A DNA stretch of 33,915 nt from the NCBI GenBank assembly GCA_964426175.1, contig CAYRPK010000003.1, forward strand, positions 1-33,915, in the 5' to 3' direction. The notes beneath the pieces are model-generated. The model did no database searches. It was not told where the DNA came from and saw only the letters and a program-made list of their open reading frames with translations. This stretch comes from an uncultured Eubacteriales bacterium (GTDB lineage Bacteria; Bacillota; Clostridia; Oscillospirales; CAJFTT01). A program made the position numbers and the translations under genes. Each line of letters opens with the position of its first letter. The stretch's first letter is position 1. Below are positions 14,590-22,936 of this stretch, piece by piece.

Positions 14590-16137
14590 ATGAAAAGATT
14601 TATTTCTGCAATCATGGCTTTTGCTATGACTGCAACAGTAGCTGCATCAAGTGCAGTGATAACCTCCTCCGCAGAAGAAGAGGTTATTAAGGTTGCCTGC
14701 GTAGGTGACAGTATTACCGACAACAGCAAGTCCATTTACGCATATCCTGCACAGCTTCAGGAAATGCTCGGTGATGGTTACGATGTACGTAACTATGGCT
14801 ACGGCGGTACTACGGCAATGAAAGACGGTGCACCTCTTAATTATTGGGATAGAACCGAATATATCGACAGCCATAACTTCCAACCCGATATCGTTATCTT
14901 CATGCTCGGTACCAACGATGCCGCAGGAGATAATCAGGAAAAGGCTCTTGACCATTTTAAGGAAGATTACACCGCGCTTATTCAGACCTATCTTGACCTT
15001 GAATCTCAGCCTGAGGTTTGGATAGCAACCGCTCCCTGGACTCGTGACGAACCCCGTAAGTCGGGTGTTTCGGATATAATCCTCCCTGCTCAGCTTGAGG
15101 TTGCAGAGGAACTTGGTCTTAATGTTGTTCATACTCATGAAGCAACAGCAGAATTTTCCGAATATTTTAACGACGGACTTCATCCCAACACTCCGGGCTA
15201 CTATCTCTTAGCTCAGGTATTCTATGAGGATGTATTCGGCGGCACCATCTATGATGCTACCGTTATCGCTGAAGAAGGAACCTCCGTTTCAGTCGGCGGC
15301 TACTCTGCTACCGCAGATGCAGAAGGCAAGGCAATTATCCCTGTTGCCGCAGGCGAGCGTACCTTCACTACAAATCTTGTCGGCTACGGCACTGCAAGCA
15401 AGACTGTTGATGTTACGGGCGATGTAACAGTCGATATGACCGAAGGTTTTACCGCTGTTCAGAACCTTGCATTGACCGCGACCGCTATTGATGAAACCGG
15501 CGGAAGAGCTTATTATACCGCTGACCGCACTCCCGATAAGCTCAATGACGGTAATACTTCCACCAGCTGGCAGTGTACAACTACCGTCGGCGCTGGATCG
15601 CCCATCTCTGATCTTTGGGCCGGCTATGATTTCGGCGAGGCAAAGACCTTTGATCAGGTCGTAGTATGGTGGGAAGAAGCCACCGCTTGCGAGATCGGTT
15701 CAGGCTACAGCATCAGCTATTCCGATGACGGCAAAACTTGGACAGAGGTTACCAACTTCAACGCAACCCGCGCAAATGCGATTGATACCTGCACCTTTGA
15801 TGCAGTAACCGCAAGATATGTCCGACTTGTTTGCGAAATTTCAAACAACAGCAAGGCATTACCTCAGATGTTCGAGCTTGAGGTTTACAGTCCTAAAGAG
15901 CAAGTTGATCCCGGTAATGAGCCCGATCCTGAGCCCACTGGCAAGGGTGATGTAAATGGTGACGGTGAGATCAACTCCACCGACTATACTCAGGTTCGCC
16001 GCCACTTCCTCGGCACCTTCACCATTGCAGAAGAAAATCTTGACGCTGCTGATGTTGACAGCGACGGTCAGATCAACGGTACCGACTTTATGCGTATTCG
16101 CAGACATTTCTTAGGTACCTTCGTAATTGGTGAATAA
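14590..16137 (+). CDS. Secreted multidomain carbohydrate esterase: SGNH/GDSL hydrolase, Ig-like/CarboxypepD_reg-like segment, F5/8 type C (CBM32-like) and type I dockerin
   Basis: The ORF has a signal peptide MKRFISAIMAFAMTATVAASSA. SGNH blocks are present: CVGDSIT, GYGGT, GTNDA, DGLHPN. A discoidin-like segment follows (LNDGNTSTSWQC...YVRLVC...FELEVYS). The C-terminus has a duplicated Ca-binding dockerin repeat, GDVNGDGEINSTDY and DVDSDGQINGTDF. Confidence 0.85.
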   Translation: MKRFISAIMAFAMTATVAASSAVITSSAEEEVIKVACVGDSITDNSKSIYAYPAQLQEMLGDGYDVRNYGYGGTTAMKDGAPLNYWDRTEYIDSHNFQPDIVIFMLGTNDAAGDNQEKALDHFKEDYTALIQTYLDLESQPEVWIATAPWTRDEPRKSGVSDIILPAQLEVAEELGLNVVHTHEATAEFSEYFNDGLHPNTPGYYLLAQVFYEDVFGGTIYDATVIAEEGTSVSVGGYSATADAEGKAIIPVAAGERTFTTNLVGYGTASKTVDVTGDVTVDMTEGFTAVQNLALTATAIDETGGRAYYTADRTPDKLNDGNTSTSWQCTTTVGAGSPISDLWAGYDFGEAKTFDQVVVWWEEATACEIGSGYSISYSDDGKTWTEVTNFNATRANAIDTCTFDAVTARYVRLVCEISNNSKALPQMFELEVYSPKEQVDPGNEPDPEPTGKGDVNGDGEINSTDYTQVRRHFLGTFTIAEENLDAADVDSDGQINGTDFMRIRRHFLGTFVIGE

Positions 16138-16153
16138 TTTGTATTAAAAAGCG

Positions 16154-16190
16154 AAAGCCGGCCCTATCTCGTTTAGGGTCGGCTTTTTGT
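16154..16190. terminator. Bidirectional intrinsic terminator between convergent genes
   Basis: AAAGCCGGCCCT (16154-16165) pairs with AGGGTCGGCTTT (16175-16186), including one G-U pair. It is flanked by an A-run and a T-run. Confidence 0.7.
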
Positions 16191-16236
16191 TGCTTTTAAA
16201 CTTTACACTGATAAATCGAACGGGAAAGCTTTTTTG

Positions 16237-18111
16237 TTACATCATAAGCTCGCAAACAAGATTTGAAAGCTCTGCAGGATTATCAATTGATATTCCGCCG
16301 ATAAGACAGCCCTGTGCATAAAGTATCTTCGCGTATTTTGCAAGAGTTTCATTATCAAGCGTCTTTAACTTTTGTGCAATGGGATGGGAAACATTAATTT
16401 CAAGTGCAACCTTGGCTTTTATATGACTGTCATTAGGCATAGCCTCTAAAATCTTTTCCATTTCAAGAGATATTTCGCCTTCGGATGTCAAACAAACAGG
16501 ATGATTTTTAAGCTTATTGGTAAAACGGACTTCAACTACTTTTCCCTCAAGACTTTCCAGCATGGTCTTGAATACTTCGCTTGCCGATTCGTTTTCCTTT
16601 TTCAAGCTTTCCTTTTCTTCGTCACTGTCAAGATCAAGCTTGTCACCTGAGATATTGACAAACTTTTTGCCCTCATATTCTCCTAAAATCTTAACTGCAA
16701 ATTCGTCAACATTGTCGGTAAGATAAAGTATCTCATAGCCCTTATCCTTGACAGTTTCCGTCTGAGGCAGCATTTCAACCTTATCTACAGTATCTCCGCA
16801 GGCATAATAAATGCAGTTCTGACTCTCTTTCATACGGTCAACATATTCTTTAAGGGTTACCGGCTTTTTTTCAAGGGAAGAAACAAATAAAAGCAGGTCT
16901 TTAAGCTTATCCTTATCCATGCCGTAATTGGAATATACGCCGTACTTAAGCTGCATACCGAAAGCCTTGAAAAATTTTTCGTAATTTTCACGGTCATTCT
17001 CCAGCATTTTAGTAAGCTCAGTCTTTATTTTGTTTTCAACAGTTTTTGCAATAAGCTTTAATTGACGGTCGTGCTGAAGCATCTCGCGAGAAATATTTAA
17101 TGATAGGTCCTCACTGTCAACAATACCTTTGACAAAGCTGAAATAATCAGGTAAAAGCTCAGCACATTTGTCAGTAATCAGAACTCCCTTACAATAAAGG
17201 CAAAGTCCTTTTTCATACTCCTTTGCATAGTAGTCAAAGGGTGCGCGCGCAGGAATGAAAAGAAGTGAAGAAAATACCGACTGTCCCTCTGTCTTTGTAT
17301 GAATAACCTTTAATGGTGCCTCAAAATCATAGAATTTTTCCTTATAAAATTCGTCATATTCTTCTTTTGTAATGTCGCTTTTGCTCTTTTTCCAAAGGGG
17401 TACCCTGCTGTTAAGCGTGCGGATCTCGGTATAGTCTTCATATTCGCTGTCGCTGCCCTCTTTGAGCCTGTGACTTGTTACCTCCATTTTAATGGGATAA
17501 CGTATATAATCGGAATATTTTTTGACAAGCTCAGTTATGCGGTAGGTTTCAAGATAACTGTCGTAATCCTCATCCTCGGCATTTTCTTTGATGTGCATGG
17601 TAATAACAGTACCTATCTCATCCTTTTCGCACTTCTCAACGGTATATCCCTCAACTCCTGTTGATTGCCACTTTGCACCGCTCTCACTGCCTATTGCTCG
17701 GCTTACCACCGTAACCTTGTCGCTGACCATAAAGGCAGAATAAAATCCAACACCAAACTGACCGATAATTTCAACATTCTGTGCATTTTCATTCTCTGCC
17801 GTTTCAGCCTTAAACTTCTGAGAACCGCTTTTCGCAATGGTACCCAGATTGTTTTCAAGCTCCTCTGCCGTCATTCCGCAGCCAGTATCTGTAATAGTCA
17901 AGGTGCGGTTTTCCTTGTCAATTTCAATATTAATTTCAAGGTCTGCATCAGGGATAGAGGTGTCCGTCAAGGAACGGAAATATCGCTTATCCAGCGCATC
18001 GGATGCATTAGAGATAATCTCTCGGAGAAATATCTCCTTGTGCGTATAAATAGAATTGATCATCATATCCAAAAGTTTTTTGGATTCGGCTTTAAACTGC
18101 TTTGTTCCCAT
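16237..18111 (-). CDS. htpG: Molecular chaperone HtpG (Hsp90)
   Basis: 624-aa ORF with the GHKL ATPase N-terminus KEIFLREIISNASDALDKRYF and IGQFGVGFYSAFMV. Length and organisation are typical of the full-length protein. Confidence 0.97.
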   Translation of the reverse strand: MGTKQFKAESKKLLDMMINSIYTHKEIFLREIISNASDALDKRYFRSLTDTSIPDADLEINIEIDKENRTLTITDTGCGMTAEELENNLGTIAKSGSQKFKAETAENENAQNVEIIGQFGVGFYSAFMVSDKVTVVSRAIGSESGAKWQSTGVEGYTVEKCEKDEIGTVITMHIKENAEDEDYDSYLETYRITELVKKYSDYIRYPIKMEVTSHRLKEGSDSEYEDYTEIRTLNSRVPLWKKSKSDITKEEYDEFYKEKFYDFEAPLKVIHTKTEGQSVFSSLLFIPARAPFDYYAKEYEKGLCLYCKGVLITDKCAELLPDYFSFVKGIVDSEDLSLNISREMLQHDRQLKLIAKTVENKIKTELTKMLENDRENYEKFFKAFGMQLKYGVYSNYGMDKDKLKDLLLFVSSLEKKPVTLKEYVDRMKESQNCIYYACGDTVDKVEMLPQTETVKDKGYEILYLTDNVDEFAVKILGEYEGKKFVNISGDKLDLDSDEEKESLKKENESASEVFKTMLESLEGKVVEVRFTNKLKNHPVCLTSEGEISLEMEKILEAMPNDSHIKAKVALEINVSHPIAQKLKTLDNETLAKYAKILYAQGCLIGGISIDNPAELSNLVCELMM

Positions 18112-18210
18112 ATTTTTCGTCCTTTCATTTTAATATGTTTTAGTGAATGTCCAAAGTATAGTCCCAAAGATTGTATAAAACATGGCAATGTGATGAACAA
18201 ACAGTAAAAA

Positions 18211-18237
18211 TTAGCACTCATTCGTATCGAGTGCCAA
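18211..18237. promoter_or_regulatory. CIRCE operator (HrcA binding site) upstream of htpG
   Basis: TTAGCACTC-N9-GAGTGCCAA differs at one position from the consensus TTAGCACTC-N9-GAGTGCTAA. It lies 100-126 nt upstream of the htpG start codon. Confidence 0.8.
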
Positions 18238-18322
18238 TTAAGTGTCGCTTACCATTTTACTCTGTCTGAGTCCGTCACGGTAAAGGTAGCTCAAAATTAC
18301 CGAAAAGTTTTTAAAATACTGC

Positions 18323-18351
18323 TTGAAGTGAGGCTTTGAATATGCTATTAT
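18323..18351 (+). promoter_or_regulatory. Candidate sigma-A promoter of proBA
   Basis: TTGAAG (18323-18328), a 17-nt spacer, then TATTAT (18346-18351). It lies 35 nt upstream of the proB ATG. Confidence 0.5.
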
Positions 18352-18385
18352 AAACTGAATTTTTATGTAAAAAGAGGCATAGGCT

Positions 18386-19174
18386 ATGTTTAAAAGAATC
18401 GTAGTTAAGGTGGGTACCTCTACCGTAACTCATAAAACAGGTAAAATCAATCTTCGCAGGCTTGATCGCCTTGCAAGAGTACTTACCGATATTAAAAATA
18501 TGGGAACCGATGTTATCCTTGTTACCTCAGGAGCAATCGGTACAGGTGTTGGTAAATTAGGCTTGGCGGAAAAGCCCGACGATATCCCATCCCGTCAGGC
18601 TTTGGCGGCAATAGGTCAATGCGAGCTTATGAGTATTTACGACCGTCTTTTCGGTGAGTACGGAGCAACTACCGCGCAAATTCTTCTTGAAAATGCCATT
18701 GCCCTTTCGGAAAAAGGCGAAACTAGAGGTCACGCAAGAAATACCTTTAAGCGCCTTTTTGAATATGGCGTTATCCCTATCGTTAACGAAAACGACTCTG
18801 TTTCAGTCGATGAGCTTATCCATTGCGAAAACGATACCCTTTCCGCAATAGTAGCTGAGCTTACTCACGCAGATTTGTTGGTTCTGCTTACTGATATCGA
18901 CGGCCTTTACGATTCTAATCCTGCAGAAAATCCCGAAGCAAAGCTTATATCCGAAGTTTTTGATATCACGGAAGACATTGCTTCTGCGGCAGGCAATTCC
19001 GTTTCGGGTCAGGGCACAGGCGGTATGGCAACTAAGATAGAAGCGGCAAAATTTGCAACAAAAGCAGGTATTGATGTTATTGTCGCATCGGGAAACAATC
19101 CAAAAATACTTTATGATATAATTGACGGTAAAAAGGTCGGTACAAAGTTTTACGGTAAAAAGGAGGAAAAATAA
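18386..19174 (+). CDS. proB: Glutamate 5-kinase (short form without PUA domain)
   Basis: 262-aa ORF with IVVKVGTSTVT, ILVTSGAIG, IPIVNENDSV, DNDTLSA and GTGGMATKIEAAK. Confidence 0.93.
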   Translation: MFKRIVVKVGTSTVTHKTGKINLRRLDRLARVLTDIKNMGTDVILVTSGAIGTGVGKLGLAEKPDDIPSRQALAAIGQCELMSIYDRLFGEYGATTAQILLENAIALSEKGETRGHARNTFKRLFEYGVIPIVNENDSVSVDELIHCENDTLSAIVAELTHADLLVLLTDIDGLYDSNPAENPEAKLISEVFDITEDIASAAGNSVSGQGTGGMATKIEAAKFATKAGIDVIVASGNNPKILYDIIDGKKVGTKFYGKKEEK

Positions 19175-19175
19175 A

Positions 19176-20426
19176 ATGACTTCAGACGCTGTTATCAATC
19201 AAATGGGCCTTGACGCAAGAAAGGCTGTATCCTGCCTTGCCTCGGCTTCGGCTTTAAAGAAGAACTCCGCCCTTGAGGAGATTGCAAAGGCTTTGACAGA
19301 AAATATAAATGAAATTCTTGCCGCAAATAAAAGGGATATTGACCACGGTATCCAGATGGGTATGAAAAAATCACTTCTTGACCGTCTGACCTTAACCAAA
19401 GAACGAATTTTAGGTATGGCGGAGGGCGTAAGAGAAGTTATAGCTCTCGAGGACCCTATTGGCGCATTGGACGGCATGGTAACCCGCCCCAATGGACTTA
19501 AAATCGGTAAAATGGCAGTTCCTATGGGCGTAATCGGTATTATATATGAAGCTCGTCCCAACGTTACGGTAGATGCAGCGGCACTTTGTCTCAAAAGCGG
19601 CAATGTTTGTATTCTGCGCGGCGGTAAGGAAGCTATATCCTCAAGTGAATGTTTGGCTGAAATTATGAGATCTGCCGTTTTAAAGGCAGGTTTCGATAAA
19701 AACATCATTCAGCTGGTTACGGATACCTCCCGTGACTCTGCCGTTGCGCTGATGAAATGTAAGTATCTCGATTTGCTCATTCCTCGCGGCGGTGCAGGCC
19801 TTATCAGAGCAGTTGTTGACAACGCTACCGTCCCCGTAATAGAAACAGGCGTTGGAAACTGCCACGTTTATATAGATTCTTCCGCAGATATTGATATGGG
19901 TGTGGATATTATCGTCAACGCCAAGGCACAACGCCCCTCAGTATGCAACGCCGCGGAAAGCCTGCTTGTTCATAAAACCGTTGCTGAGGAATTTTTGCCT
20001 AAAGCGGCAGTAGCTTTAAAAGAGAAAAATGTGGAGCTTCGCGGATGTGAGCGTACCTGCTCGATAGTTGAGGGGGTTATCCCTGCAACGGAAGAAGACT
20101 ATGCGACCGAATATAACGACTATATTCTCGCCATCAAGGTTGTTGACAGTCTGGATGCAGCTATTTCGCACATTTCTAAATATTCAACTCACCACAGTGA
20201 AGCCATTGTAACAAGCGATTATTTTGCAAGCCGCAGATTTTTGGAAGAGGTCGACGCGGCGGCAGTTTATGTAAACGCTTCTACCCGTTTTACTGACGGT
20301 AACGAATTCGGCTTTGGTGCGGAGATAGGTATTTCTACACAAAAGCTTCACGTAAGAGGACCCATGGGACTTAAAGCCCTTACCACCACCAAGTATATTA
20401 TTTTAGGCAACGGGCAAATAAGATAA
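19176..20426 (+). CDS. proA: Gamma-glutamyl phosphate reductase
   Basis: I prefer the ATG at 19176, behind AAGGAGGAAAA, to the track start at 19122, which overlaps proB. Motifs: IYEARPNVTVDAA, ILRGGKEA, CNAAESLLVH, STHHSEAIVT and GAEIGISTQKLHVRGPMG. Confidence 0.93.
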   Translation: MTSDAVINQMGLDARKAVSCLASASALKKNSALEEIAKALTENINEILAANKRDIDHGIQMGMKKSLLDRLTLTKERILGMAEGVREVIALEDPIGALDGMVTRPNGLKIGKMAVPMGVIGIIYEARPNVTVDAAALCLKSGNVCILRGGKEAISSSECLAEIMRSAVLKAGFDKNIIQLVTDTSRDSAVALMKCKYLDLLIPRGGAGLIRAVVDNATVPVIETGVGNCHVYIDSSADIDMGVDIIVNAKAQRPSVCNAAESLLVHKTVAEEFLPKAAVALKEKNVELRGCERTCSIVEGVIPATEEDYATEYNDYILAIKVVDSLDAAISHISKYSTHHSEAIVTSDYFASRRFLEEVDAAAVYVNASTRFTDGNEFGFGAEIGISTQKLHVRGPMGLKALTTTKYIILGNGQIR

Positions 20427-20445
20427 TTTTTAAGGAGGGTGTTTA

Positions 20446-21117
20446 ATGGAAAGAGATGTTAAACGTCCCCGATGGACTTCTACCGCAACAGTAGGGCTTG
20501 TACTTTTAATAGTGCTGATTTTTCTTGCCTTTTCCTTTGTTAGCTCCCTTTTTCCCAAAAAGGATAAAAGCGTAACGCCGCAGGTAAGTCAGGTGGCGTT
20601 TTCATTAACAGAGGCACAGCAAAAAGAAATAATGCTGCTTGTTTCACCCCTTATTGAGCTTGATACGGTCGGTTTTCATTCTCTCTCGGAAGCAGATGCG
20701 GCATCTTTAACAGACGGTGCCATATTGCGTCTGTTAAAAAGCAATAAAACCTTTCGCCTTGACAGCAGTGGTATTCTTTATATCAACGCTGCCGACGTTG
20801 CGGCAGAATATGAGCTTATTTATGGCGAAGTTCCCGACTTTACAGGATATGACAGTGAGATTTTTTCATACAATGCCGAAAGCCGTACATTTTCGGTGCA
20901 GACGGAAATAACAGACGATGCGGCGGCCGAGCCTGCTTATGTAACCGCTCCCGAAGCTCTCTTTCCCGAAACAAAGGAGCTTTCCATTTTGTCAGCCTCT
21001 GCTGCCGACGGAATAATTAAGGTCACCCTTTCGGCAACAGATGAAGAGACACACAAATATGAGATATCTTTAACCGATAACGGCGGATATGTGCTTGTTT
21101 CATTCCTTGAAGTCTAA
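20446..21117 (+). CDS. Membrane-anchored protein of unknown function (N-terminal TM, extracytoplasmic domain)
   Basis: 223-aa ORF with a strong SD (AAGGAGG) and a single N-terminal hydrophobic helix VGLVLLIVLIFLAFSFV. I recognise no motif. Confidence 0.6.
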   Translation: MERDVKRPRWTSTATVGLVLLIVLIFLAFSFVSSLFPKKDKSVTPQVSQVAFSLTEAQQKEIMLLVSPLIELDTVGFHSLSEADAASLTDGAILRLLKSNKTFRLDSSGILYINAADVAAEYELIYGEVPDFTGYDSEIFSYNAESRTFSVQTEITDDAAAEPAYVTAPEALFPETKELSILSASAADGIIKVTLSATDEETHKYEISLTDNGGYVLVSFLEV

Positions 21118-21133
21118 GAAAGGATGGTTTGCA

Positions 21134-22936
21134 ATGAAACAGACCGACACCCGAGGTATTTTAGGTGAAGATCTAAAATCCTACATCGGTCACCCGTTTA
21201 AATGGGGTATGACGGTTTTAGGAAAGAAACGCCCACTGTTTTTTCTGGGCGTTTTCATAAACCTTGTCTGCGGTGTACTTATTTTTGCTCCTATTGAAGT
21301 AGCGGCAAGACTTGTAGATGAAGTCTTCGAACAGAATATTTATGACCGCATAACCTTGTACATAGTTTTAATTGCGGCATTGCCCTGCTTAAGGGCAGTG
21401 CTTTCTCTCATTTACCGTTTCTTCATGGAGATATGCTCACAGGATGTAATTTATCGCGTCCGTGGCGGTATGTATCTTCACGCTCAGGAAATGGACATGG
21501 GATTTTACAGCGAAATTCCCGCGGGAGAAGTAATGGCAAAAATGACGGGTGACATTGATAGTATCCGTCATTTCTTTGCTTGGACCTTCTTTTTTACCTG
21601 CGAACAGATTTTTCTTTTCGTAGCAGGCGCTATTTATCTGCTTACCATAAATCCGCTTCTTGCTTCAATGATTTTGGTGCTTTCTCCCATCGTAGCGCTT
21701 GTTGCTATGAAAATGAGCCGACGTGTCCGTCCTCAATGGGGTGTAATACGCCGTAACTTTGAAAAATTAAATACAGTTGTTCAGCAAAACATCGCAGGAA
21801 ACCGAGTTGTAAAAGCCTTTTCAAGAGAAGAATATGAAACAGAAAAATTTGAAAAAGAAAATTCCGAATACAGAAAATCCAACGAACGCATCGCCGATAT
21901 CTGGGCAACATATCTTCCCATTCTGGAAGTAATTGCGGGAACGATAGGCGTTATCGTTTTACTCGTCGGAGGACTTCTTGTTATAAACGGCTCGATGAAG
22001 CTAAGTCAGCTTGTTGCTTTTAACTCCCTCGCCTGGGTTCTTAATAATCCTATGAAAAATTTGGGTAATATCATCAATGAAAGTCAGCGTTACGCTGCCT
22101 CTGCCAATAAAATAGTTGAATTTCTTGCAACTCCCACTCAAATTAAATCCCCCGAGGAAAGTATTGGTTGCCCGCAAAGTGGCAGTGTGGAATTTAAAAA
22201 TGTATCCTTTGCTTATTCGGGCAAAGACGCCATCAGGAATATCAGCTTTACCGCAAAAGCAGGTCAGACCATAGGTATAGTCGGTGAAACAGGCAGCGGA
22301 AAATCTACGCTTGTTTCCTTAATTCCCCGATTTTTCGATGCAACTGACGGCGAAGTTTTAATTGACGGTAAAAATGTAAAAGACTATGACCTACAGGGCT
22401 TGCGTAACGAAATAGGTATGGTTATGCAGGAGGTTTTTCTCTTTTCCGATACAGTCGAAGGCAATGTGGCTTACGGCGACTCCGATTTGCCTTTTGAAAA
22501 GGTCCGCGAATATTCACGTGTTTCCGATGCCGACGGATTTGTCACAAAAATGCCAGACGGCTATGACACCATCATAGGCGAAAGAGGCGTCGGTCTTTCG
22601 GGCGGTCAGCGGCAGAGAATAAGTCTCGCCCGTGCTCTTGCCGTAAATCCCAAGATCCTCATTTTAGACGATACCACCTCTGCGCTTGATATGGAAACCG
22701 AACGCCTTATTCAGAATAATCTTGCCGAAAGAAAGGGCGGTCAAACTACCTTTATCATCGCCCACCGCGTTTCATCTGTCAGAAATGCTGATTTAATACT
22801 CGTTTTGGAAAACGGTGAAATTAAGGAGCGCGGCAAGCACGAAGAGCTTATCAAAAAAGGTGGAATTTATTGCAATTATTTCCTTACTCAAACAGGCTTT
22901 GATTCGGTTCCCGAAAATTTGGGAGGTGAGGGTTAA
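21134..22936 (+). CDS. ABC exporter permease/ATPase fusion, subunit with a degenerate Walker B (heterodimer partner 1)
   Basis: I prefer the ATG at 21134 (MKQTDTRG) to the track start at 21089. The N-terminal half is a six-helix TMD. The NBD has GETGSGKST and LSGGQRQR, and its Walker B ILILDDTTS has Asp in place of the catalytic Glu. Confidence 0.9.
   Translation: MKQTDTRGILGEDLKSYIGHPFKWGMTVLGKKRPLFFLGVFINLVCGVLIFAPIEVAARLVDEVFEQNIYDRITLYIVLIAALPCLRAVLSLIYRFFMEICSQDVIYRVRGGMYLHAQEMDMGFYSEIPAGEVMAKMTGDIDSIRHFFAWTFFFTCEQIFLFVAGAIYLLTINPLLASMILVLSPIVALVAMKMSRRVRPQWGVIRRNFEKLNTVVQQNIAGNRVVKAFSREEYETEKFEKENSEYRKSNERIADIWATYLPILEVIAGTIGVIVLLVGGLLVINGSMKLSQLVAFNSLAWVLNNPMKNLGNIINESQRYAASANKIVEFLATPTQIKSPEESIGCPQSGSVEFKNVSFAYSGKDAIRNISFTAKAGQTIGIVGETGSGKSTLVSLIPRFFDATDGEVLIDGKNVKDYDLQGLRNEIGMVMQEVFLFSDTVEGNVAYGDSDLPFEKVREYSRVSDADGFVTKMPDGYDTIIGERGVGLSGGQRQRISLARALAVNPKILILDDTTSALDMETERLIQNNLAERKGGQTTFIIAHRVSSVRNADLILVLENGEIKERGKHEELIKKGGIYCNYFLTQTGFDSVPENLGGEG

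Noticed and set aside
15947-16134. Duplicated ~70-nt segments near the 3-prime end of the secreted esterase gene
   Set aside because: These are the two Ca-binding repeats of a type I dockerin, that is, ordinary protein-level duplication.
18238-18385. Possible proline T-box or attenuator leader upstream of proB
   Set aside because: I found no T-box core (…GGTGGTACCGCG-like) or specifier/antiterminator arrangement. The region is better explained by a simple promoter plus the divergent htpG control region.
19122-19175. Track N-terminal extensions from alternative starts (proA 19122, ABC 21089, pyruvyl transferase 24982)
   Set aside because: These starts overlap upstream genes or lie 0-1 nt from the SD. 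The downstream ATGs at 19176, 21134 and 24991 have proper SD spacing and give family-typical N-termini.
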